Assembly (NCBI GenBank): GCA_963828195.1
Contig: CAWHDT010000001.1
Location: 288,001-352,000 of the forward strand
Reading direction: 5' to 3'
DNA length: 64,000 bases
DNA from: Candidatus Bathyarchaeota archaeon
Lineage (GTDB): Archaea > Thermoproteota > Bathyarchaeia > Bathyarchaeales > Bathycorpusculaceae
Position numbers and translations under genes: made by a program. The notes beneath the pieces are model-generated. The model made no database searches. It saw only the letters and a program-made list of their open reading frames with translations, and was not told the origin of the DNA. Positions 57,247 to 64,000 of the stretch are shown piece after piece; within the stretch, counting starts at the first letter, position 1, and each line of letters starts with the position of its first letter.

Positions 57247-58746
57247 ATGACTAGGAGAAAGGCGAAAATGGGAAAAATAGGAAAAGGAACAATCATTATA
57301 GTAGTAATGTTAATCGCGTTTTTTAGTGCGTCATTCATTGCTACCGTACATGCACAGACACAAAACGTAACAATAAACAACACTGTGCAAGTAGAAGATG
57401 GCTCAGGCGCGAATCTTCCAATGAACTTCGAAGTCAACGGAGTACAAACTGACATCACATCGTTCAACTGGGAGATTGGAAGCATTTATACCATAACTCA
57501 GCTTGTAACAACATTTAATGACCAGTATCAATTGGTCCCAGATGGCTTTCAATATGGCGATAACATCACACCCGGCGATACACTTTCATACACAGTTACT
57601 TCAGACCCAGATCAGACAATCACGTTTACTCCAGACCTCTATGTAGGCGTCTATGTACTTACAAACGGAGTAGGTTCAGTCAGTCCCGACGGTTTTCAGT
57701 GGATATACTCGCCTGCATATGCAGACGGTGGCAATCAGCTGCAAATTACCGCAACTCCAACAAATCCAAATCAAGTCTTCGAAGGCTGGACAATAACCGA
57801 TCCTAATGGAGCCGGAAACAGTATAGATGACTCAAGCGCAACAAGTACCATTGCAGAAATCTGGGATTACGGCACTATTACAGCTGACTTCTATCAACCT
57901 CCGCAAGTAAATGTTGGAATAACCAGCGTCTCGTTAACACCAGTCACGGCGCCAGTCGGAGATTCCTCGCTACAAAACGTTGGTGTAACTGTTGATTTGC
58001 AAAATGATAATCCTTATGTAGAGCTGCTAAACATCACTCTGACCACTGGTTCAACTTGGCTGGCTTGGATGAGCACAAGCATAGGTGCCTCTGCTTCTGC
58101 CACAAGTAGCTTCAGCGGCTTGGATTTCTCTAGTTTTCCAGCTGGAACATATACAATCACTGCATATGTCACCACAGTTGGATTAAATCTGTCACCAGCC
58201 ACGATGACTACAACTCAAACAGTCACTATAACTCAACCTCAACCGTCAACTCCAGTCCAAATTGACAGCGTGCAAGTTCCATCTATAGCAACTCAAACGG
58301 GTTTCACGATGCCGATAAATGTTACTTTAACCAACCCGGACACAGTTCAGGAAACAGCAGATATCCAAGTGACAATGAATGCAACCTCAGTCTTTAACAC
58401 AACAGTCACTCTGAATGCATTACAAACTGAAGCAGTTCCCTGCTACTTTAACACCAGTACATTAGCCATCGGTAACTACACTTACACTGTAACAGTGACA
58501 ACTACAATCCTAACGGGCTCTCCCGTAATCACAGCCACTGGAACAACAGGAGTAACTTACTTAGGCGACCTTAATGGAGACTTCAAAGTAAACTTCTCAG
58601 ACTTAATGCTATTCGTTCAGGACTACATCGCTTTTAACACTAATGGCATCTATAATTCCGCGGCAGACTACAACAATGACGGCAGAATCAACTTCCAAGA
58701 CATACAACTGTTCGTTAGCGCATACATCGAGTTTTCAGCTTCGTAA
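57247..58746 (+). CDS. Secreted Ig-like/CARDB-like multidomain protein with a C-terminal dockerin-like domain
   Basis: Signal peptide; Thr-rich beta domains; GDLNGDFKVNFSDL...ADYNNDGRINFQDI duplicated Ca-binding loops. Confidence 0.8.
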   Translation: MTRRKAKMGKIGKGTIIIVVMLIAFFSASFIATVHAQTQNVTINNTVQVEDGSGANLPMNFEVNGVQTDITSFNWEIGSIYTITQLVTTFNDQYQLVPDGFQYGDNITPGDTLSYTVTSDPDQTITFTPDLYVGVYVLTNGVGSVSPDGFQWIYSPAYADGGNQLQITATPTNPNQVFEGWTITDPNGAGNSIDDSSATSTIAEIWDYGTITADFYQPPQVNVGITSVSLTPVTAPVGDSSLQNVGVTVDLQNDNPYVELLNITLTTGSTWLAWMSTSIGASASATSSFSGLDFSSFPAGTYTITAYVTTVGLNLSPATMTTTQTVTITQPQPSTPVQIDSVQVPSIATQTGFTMPINVTLTNPDTVQETADIQVTMNATSVFNTTVTLNALQTEAVPCYFNTSTLAIGNYTYTVTVTTTILTGSPVITATGTTGVTYLGDLNGDFKVNFSDLMLFVQDYIAFNTNGIYNSAADYNNDGRINFQDIQLFVSAYIEFSAS

Positions 58747-58901
58747 AACCAAAATAACCCCAAAATATCTCTTTTTTCTTTTTTGTATTAAAAAACTCTA
58801 TTCTTACGGAAAATGACAAAATATCCGTGAATAAAAGTTAAAAAAGTTTCTAAGCAGTCTTAATTATCACAGCGATGCACTTTTATGTATATTATTATCT
58901 T

Positions 58902-59390
58902 TCAGGTGAATTGCTCTGATGTTATTTGCCCTTGCTGTCTGTTTTTTCTCCTTTTAACTAAAATTACCACTATTGTTGAAGTTATTATTACCGTAGAGAT
59001 CGTGGCTAAAGCTTCTTCTATGAAAGTTTGTTGGGAGACAAATGTTTGCTCTTTTTCAGACGCATTGTCAAGTAAGTTAGAAGCGTTCTGTAAATCTGTT
59101 GTTGCCGCTTGCCATTGACTCTGGTTAGCTAACGAAGTTGCCTGGTTATACTCTTCCGTGGCGTTTTGAAGGAGTGATTTTGCGTCGGCGTTTTGATAAT
59201 TGGCTTTTTGGGCTTCAGCTATTTTGTTTGTAACTTGGGGTAGCAGCTGAACATATGTTGCCTCAGCTTCAGTATACACCTGTATTGTTGATGGTTGGGA
59301 ATTCCATGTAACGTTTTGAGGCGTTTGTTCCTCTTCTACCCCCTCGACGTGGACATAGTATGTATGTGGACCAACGGTTTCTTGAGGGGG
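58902..59390 (-). pseudogene. Probable 5'-truncated membrane-anchored protein (helical region plus C-terminal TM and basic tail)
   Basis: No signal peptide; 5' part of the listed ORF overlaps a credible plus-strand gene; ends IIT..IVVILVKRRKNR. Confidence 0.45.
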
Positions 59391-59396
59391 AACATA

Positions 59397-59567
59397 GTGA
59401 GAAATTATATCCTGACCGGCAGCGAAAGACACATAGTCAAAAGGTATCTTAAAAAAGGCGAAAAGCTCGATGGTTACAGAACGCTTTTGGCACGTTGCCG
59501 ACATGTGGACACTATCCAAGAAGACATCGCGTTAATCAGCAAACTTCTCGAAAGAGCAAACCAATAG
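59397..59567 (+). CDS. Small hypothetical protein (56 aa)
   Basis: GAGGGG RBS then GTG; MRNYILTGSERHIVKRYLKKGEKLDGYRTLLAR... Confidence 0.55.
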   Translation: MRNYILTGSERHIVKRYLKKGEKLDGYRTLLARCRHVDTIQEDIALISKLLERANQ

Positions 59568-59772
59568 CTGAAAAAAAATCGCTCCAATCCCGACACCCTA
59601 AGTTGTAGATGTGCCGCGGTTTGTCATAAATCAAGGAATTAGGAAGATATTTTCGGTTGAATCTTACTATTTTTTTTCTCTGGGTGCTCGTAGAACTATG
59701 GATGCGACAGAGTCGTATATAATATATGAAGAAACAATCTTTAAGGTAAGCCATCTAATATAAATAAAAATT

Positions 59773-61431
59773 ATGGCTCACTTAACCTCAAAGAAGATCA
59801 CAACATTTCTCTTGATCATTGTCACTTTATCTTTATGCATATACACTCCCTCTTCACTTGTAAGAGCAGATTCATCCCCGCTTAGGATTGTTAACGTTCA
59901 AACGGTGTGCGGCAATGGTCAAAGCTGTTTCTATTTTCGCAGAGGATTCGATGTCGTCGGATTTAACGTTACGGTTGCAAACGATGGGTCATCAGTTGCT
60001 TTGGGTCAAATAACTCTAAGCATGGTTGACAATTGCAGCGTGCCGATTGGAGATTTGACCTCGACAATTTTTTCTGTTAATCCGGGCCAAAACAATAGAA
60101 TTCAAGTAATCAGCAATGTAATACCGAGTTATGCTTTTGTCGGGACAGCGACTGCCACTGTAGTTCTTGAGGATCCATCGACGGGGCCCATAGATTTTCA
60201 GATGGTGAATTTTTACATCCATTCATTTTCAAGCATAACTGTAACTCCGTCCATTAACTCAGTGACAGCTGGAAACCTTGTAAGTTACACTGCAAATTCT
60301 ACGGATGCAAGCGGAAACAACGTAGATATCACTTCTTGGGTAAACTGGAGCATAAGCAGCGGTGCCGGCGGCGCTTGGTCAGGAAACATGTACTCTTCTG
60401 CGAAAGCGGGCAGTTGGACTGTTACTGCTTCACTGGGAAGCTTGTCAGCTGCAAGTCAGTTGAATGTAGATCACGCTTCAATTGCCACGATTGCTCTATC
60501 ACCGCAAAACGCCGAAATTCTTGCTGGACAAACCCAAGCCTTCACCACCTCTGCATATGACGTTTACGGTAACGCTTGGGATGTCAGCGCTTCAACCGCT
60601 TTAAGCATTGGTTCCGGTGCAGGTGGTTCTTGGAATAACAACTCCTATACCGCTTTTAAAACAGGACTTTGGAACGTGACAGGAGTGCTAGGAAGTTTAA
60701 CGAACTCCACGTTACTGACCGTTAATCACAATTCAGCCGTTAGCATGACGATTTCTCCAAAAATCTCCTCTTTAACAGCCGGTTCAAGTCAATCTTATAA
60801 CGTTTCAGCGTCGGACCTTTATGGTAATGTCTGGGATGCCACTAACTCAACAGTTTACACCATTGATGCTGGTGCGGGCGGCTCTTGGCTGGACAGTGTC
60901 TATACTTCTGCACTAGCGGGAACCTGGCATGTAAAAGCTACCGTTGACGGCGTTTCAGACTATGCATCCTTATCCGTTACACACGGGCCTATCAACAGCC
61001 TAACTGTTCTCCCTGAATCTACAAATTTGACATCTGGTTGCTCACAAGTCTTTAATGCCACCGCTTTTGATTCTTACGGAAACAGTTGGGACACAACAAA
61101 TTCCGCAGTTTTCAGCATTGATCCTGCCGCTGCAGGCTCTTGGTCAGCCAACAATTATTATACTTCAGCAAACCTAGGAACATGGACGGTTACGGCTGCT
61201 TATTCTGGCCTGCAGGGGATAGCTCAACTATCGGTGTTTTACCCGTTAGACTTTTACTTCAATGGCAGAGTGAACTTTCACGACCTTGCATACTTCGTAG
61301 TTGCCTACATAAACTTTAACCAAAATGGAGTTTTAAATCCAGCTTGCGACTTAAATCACGATGGACGAATTAACTTTCTTGACTTGCAACTCTTCGTGAC
61401 ATATTACGTCGCATTTGGAAGTACAATGTAA
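59773..61431 (+). CDS. Secreted protein with four tandem Ig-like repeats and a C-terminal dockerin-like domain
   Basis: Repeats of ...AG..Q.F.A.A.D.YGN.WD......I..GAGGSW....Y.S...G.W.V; DFYFNGRVNFHDL...CDLNHDGRINFLDL. Confidence 0.82.
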   Translation: MAHLTSKKITTFLLIIVTLSLCIYTPSSLVRADSSPLRIVNVQTVCGNGQSCFYFRRGFDVVGFNVTVANDGSSVALGQITLSMVDNCSVPIGDLTSTIFSVNPGQNNRIQVISNVIPSYAFVGTATATVVLEDPSTGPIDFQMVNFYIHSFSSITVTPSINSVTAGNLVSYTANSTDASGNNVDITSWVNWSISSGAGGAWSGNMYSSAKAGSWTVTASLGSLSAASQLNVDHASIATIALSPQNAEILAGQTQAFTTSAYDVYGNAWDVSASTALSIGSGAGGSWNNNSYTAFKTGLWNVTGVLGSLTNSTLLTVNHNSAVSMTISPKISSLTAGSSQSYNVSASDLYGNVWDATNSTVYTIDAGAGGSWLDSVYTSALAGTWHVKATVDGVSDYASLSVTHGPINSLTVLPESTNLTSGCSQVFNATAFDSYGNSWDTTNSAVFSIDPAAAGSWSANNYYTSANLGTWTVTAAYSGLQGIAQLSVFYPLDFYFNGRVNFHDLAYFVVAYINFNQNGVLNPACDLNHDGRINFLDLQLFVTYYVAFGSTM

Positions 61432-61487
61432 CTCAAAAATTGGGCATATTTGATAAAAAGATTCATGTTGATGCCATAGCGTAGTAC

Positions 61488-61567
61488 TTGAACCATGATG
61501 GAAAACTCTAATCTCACATCTCAAGCTTTTCGTAAGCGATTACAAGGTGTTCGGCTCCGGCAGATAG
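61488..61567 (+). pseudogene. Degenerate dockerin-coding remnant
   Basis: LNHDGKL / LKLFVSDYKVFGSGR* across a stop and frameshift; parallels DLNHDGRINFLDLQLFVTYYVAFGSTM*. Confidence 0.6.
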
Positions 61568-61678
61568 TGCAAAGCCTTTTGCCTCAGAGAATCTGCTTTT
61601 AAATGCAATCATCTTCATCACTATTGTCAATCGCATAATCGCTTTTTTGCTACTCAAAAAGAAGTCAAAGAGGTGATC

Positions 61679-61847
61679 CATCTAAATAGAGTCTGTAGTT
61701 GCCAATTGCTTAACCGATTTCTATTACGGGAGGTGTTAAATACATCTTAGTTGCAACGTTCTCTTGTGCTTAAAGAAGGCCGAGCGGATGAATAAATCGC
61801 GTTTAGGTATATTTTTGATCGTCGTAATGGTTAGTTCGATAGTTCTA
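61679..61847 (+). repeat. Duplicated promoter + signal-peptide module (second copy 63623-~63795)
   Basis: catctaaatagag..tgtagttgcc..ttg.tt.accg...tttcta...taaatac.tctt...ttgtgctt; peptides MNKSRLGIFLI vs MNKTTLGIFLI. Confidence 0.8.
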
Positions 61848-63569
61848 TTTAGCATTGCTAATTTATCCACCGCTCAATTTGAAAGCGGTACAAACGTTAA
61901 TGGCGTAATCACTTCAGACACCATGTGGACGCAAGAAAACAGTCCATACAACTTGACTGGCAATCTGCTTGTAAACAATAATGTGACTTTAACTATTCAG
62001 CCAGGAACTACTGTAAACATTAATAACTTTTACATAGAGATTAATGGGACGCTGCAAGCAATCGGTAATAGCAGCAACCAAATTTATTTCAACGGCGGAA
62101 GCATCAGTTTTGCCCCGACAAGTAACGGTTGGGATGAATCCACTGACACTGGATGCATTATTGATTACTCAGTTTTGGATTCATATTTAGATGTTAACTG
62201 TTCAGCAGAAATAATCAATAATGAAATAAACTCTGGAGTGCAGGCAAATGCTGAAACAACAATTTCCAACAATACAATCACCGATGGAGTATCCGCATTT
62301 GGAGACGCAATAATTACTGGTAACACAATTTCGGGGCAAGGAATTGAGTTATATGCAAACGCAACCGTCGTTTACAATGCTATAGAGGGGTGCAGTACAG
62401 GAGTTGAAGCATTTACGCAGTTTTGGGATCCCTCTAACCCAAATGCGTGGCTCAACACAACCTCGCTTATAGAAAACAACTTGATAATTAACAACGGTAA
62501 TGGTATTGAAATTTTGGCTTGGCAAGGGTCATATCCTGGCAACCCAATAATTCAAAACAACACCATAACAGGAAACACAGATGGAATTTATGTGGCAGAG
62601 GATTTAGGAGCACCCTCTCCAACCGTTATTTACAATAACATATACGGAAACAATTATAATGTTAAATTAGCGGTTTCAAACAACGTAAATGCCACATACA
62701 ACTGGTGGGGAACAACTGACGCATCAGCAATAAACCAGGCAATTTATGATTACAAAGATGATTTTAACTTAGGAACAGTTACATTTGCTCCTTTCTTAAC
62801 TGCATCAAATCCTGAGGCACCAGCATATAATCAAACCCCGCAACCGACCCCCAGCCCATCACAAACCTCAACTCCTTCGCCTTCCCCAAGTCCAACCCCC
62901 GCTCCCACTTCAAATCAAAGTCCAATCGACTTTTACCACGACGGCGCAGTAAACTTTAGGGACATTATCTACTTTGTTTGTGCTTACATTCAGTACAATC
63001 AGTATGGCACACTTAACCCAGCTTGCGACCTAAATCATGACGGCAAAATAGACTTCACAGACATCCAACTTTTCGTCGAAGATTACACGACTTATTACAG
63101 CGAAGCACTCATTAGCGTTGACTCTGCTACCCAGCAGTTTTCTTCAGCTCATGTCGGGAACACTATTCAAATCAACATTACAGTTAGTAATGTGCAGGAT
63201 CTCTGGTCATGGGACATCGCTAACCTTACATTTAATCCAGCGATGCTGAATTTGACGCAGGTGACTGAAGGCCCATTTCTCCAGCAAGCAGGACAAACAA
63301 TCTTCATATGGACTTCTGGTTCGACTCAAGCATTTAGCAAAGGTTACATTCCTGACATGTCCGATACTTTACTTTCCATAAACAGTGTCAACGGCAGCGG
63401 AGTCATTGCCACTTTAACTTTTACTGTTCTATCTCTTGGCACTTCCCAAATCACATTCAACCAAACAACCCTATTAAACTCGCAACCCTCCCAAAATTTG
63501 CCACCACCACAAATTGGCAATCCAATCGGCAGCACCGCCATCAACGCAAACATAACAGTAGGGCAATAA
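61788..63569 (+). CDS. Secreted beta-helix + PST linker + dockerin-like + C-terminal cohesin-like protein
   Basis: WTQENSPY..., IxNNxI repeats, NATYNWWG; PTPSPS linker; DFYHDGAVNFRD...CDLNHDGKIDFTD; INITVSNVQDL...TFNPAML..VTEGPFL...GSGVIATLTF. Confidence 0.82.
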   Translation: MNKSRLGIFLIVVMVSSIVLFSIANLSTAQFESGTNVNGVITSDTMWTQENSPYNLTGNLLVNNNVTLTIQPGTTVNINNFYIEINGTLQAIGNSSNQIYFNGGSISFAPTSNGWDESTDTGCIIDYSVLDSYLDVNCSAEIINNEINSGVQANAETTISNNTITDGVSAFGDAIITGNTISGQGIELYANATVVYNAIEGCSTGVEAFTQFWDPSNPNAWLNTTSLIENNLIINNGNGIEILAWQGSYPGNPIIQNNTITGNTDGIYVAEDLGAPSPTVIYNNIYGNNYNVKLAVSNNVNATYNWWGTTDASAINQAIYDYKDDFNLGTVTFAPFLTASNPEAPAYNQTPQPTPSPSQTSTPSPSPSPTPAPTSNQSPIDFYHDGAVNFRDIIYFVCAYIQYNQYGTLNPACDLNHDGKIDFTDIQLFVEDYTTYYSEALISVDSATQQFSSAHVGNTIQINITVSNVQDLWSWDIANLTFNPAMLNLTQVTEGPFLQQAGQTIFIWTSGSTQAFSKGYIPDMSDTLLSINSVNGSGVIATLTFTVLSLGTSQITFNQTTLLNSQPSQNLPPPQIGNPIGSTAINANITVGQ

Positions 63570-63732
63570 TACTTCGCTACTATTCACAAAAAACCGTTAA
63601 GCGTGGAAACAATGCTCTCAAGCATCTAAATAGAGCTTGTAGTTGCCGCTTGTTTCACCGTTTCTATAGCGAAAGATGCTAAATACGTCTTTCTTCAATG
63701 TTTTTTGTGCTTGATCGAAAGGAGAAAGTTAA

Positions 63733-64000
63733 TTGAACAAAACAACTTTAGGCATTTTCTTGATAGCGCTAATAGTTAGTTCCACAATTGTACTTACAAC
63801 AGTTCATTTCGGCAAGGCTCAAGGTGAAACTCAAGTAGCGCTCGTACAGGGTCCATTCCGTGGTACTTCAACTCTAAATCGTCTTTATGTAACTTTAGAT
63901 TCCTCTCCTCAATCTGGAGACATATTAATTGCGTCAATAGGCGCAAGAAACTCGGTAAATGCACCTTCAGTCGCTTATATAACAGAAGATGGCGTAAATT
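63733..64000 (+). CDS. Secreted protein, truncated by the window end
   Basis: TTG start after GGAG; signal peptide MNKTTLGIFLIALIVSSTIVL; frame open to 64000. Confidence 0.7.
   Translation, partial: MNKTTLGIFLIALIVSSTIVLTTVHFGKAQGETQVALVQGPFRGTSTLNRLYVTLDSSPQSGDILIASIGARNSVNAPSVAYITEDGVN

Overview
Archaeal genomic window, most consistent with Bathyarchaeia. That assignment is inferred from gene content: archaeal ACDS cdhABCDE, cofC/cofE, an Ftr paralog, a BHB-intron tRNA and dockerin-bearing surface proteins. From start to end it contains: two deoxyhypusine-synthase paralogs, a tRNA-Leu 3' half and a decayed vapBC; an RLAN/RimK/GCS2 ligase module; a 2.4-kb IS6-family element with two passenger genes and an 8-bp TSD; F420, Wood-Ljungdahl and acetate genes; a palindrome-bracketed AAA-ATPase cassette at the cdhE 3' end; two convergent purine operons, each preceded by the same ~150-bp structured element; an intron-containing tRNA-Gly; a ~11-kb polyphosphate island; and a cohesin/dockerin surface-protein cluster. 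The top candidate for a new system is in the purine cluster. It encodes steps 1, 2, 4 and 5 but no PurN or PurT, and a translationally coupled HAD phosphatase / Ftr-like formyltransferase / PfkB kinase trio follows purD. This points to a methanopterin-dependent route for GAR formylation. All calls are from motif recognition by eye; no database searches were run.
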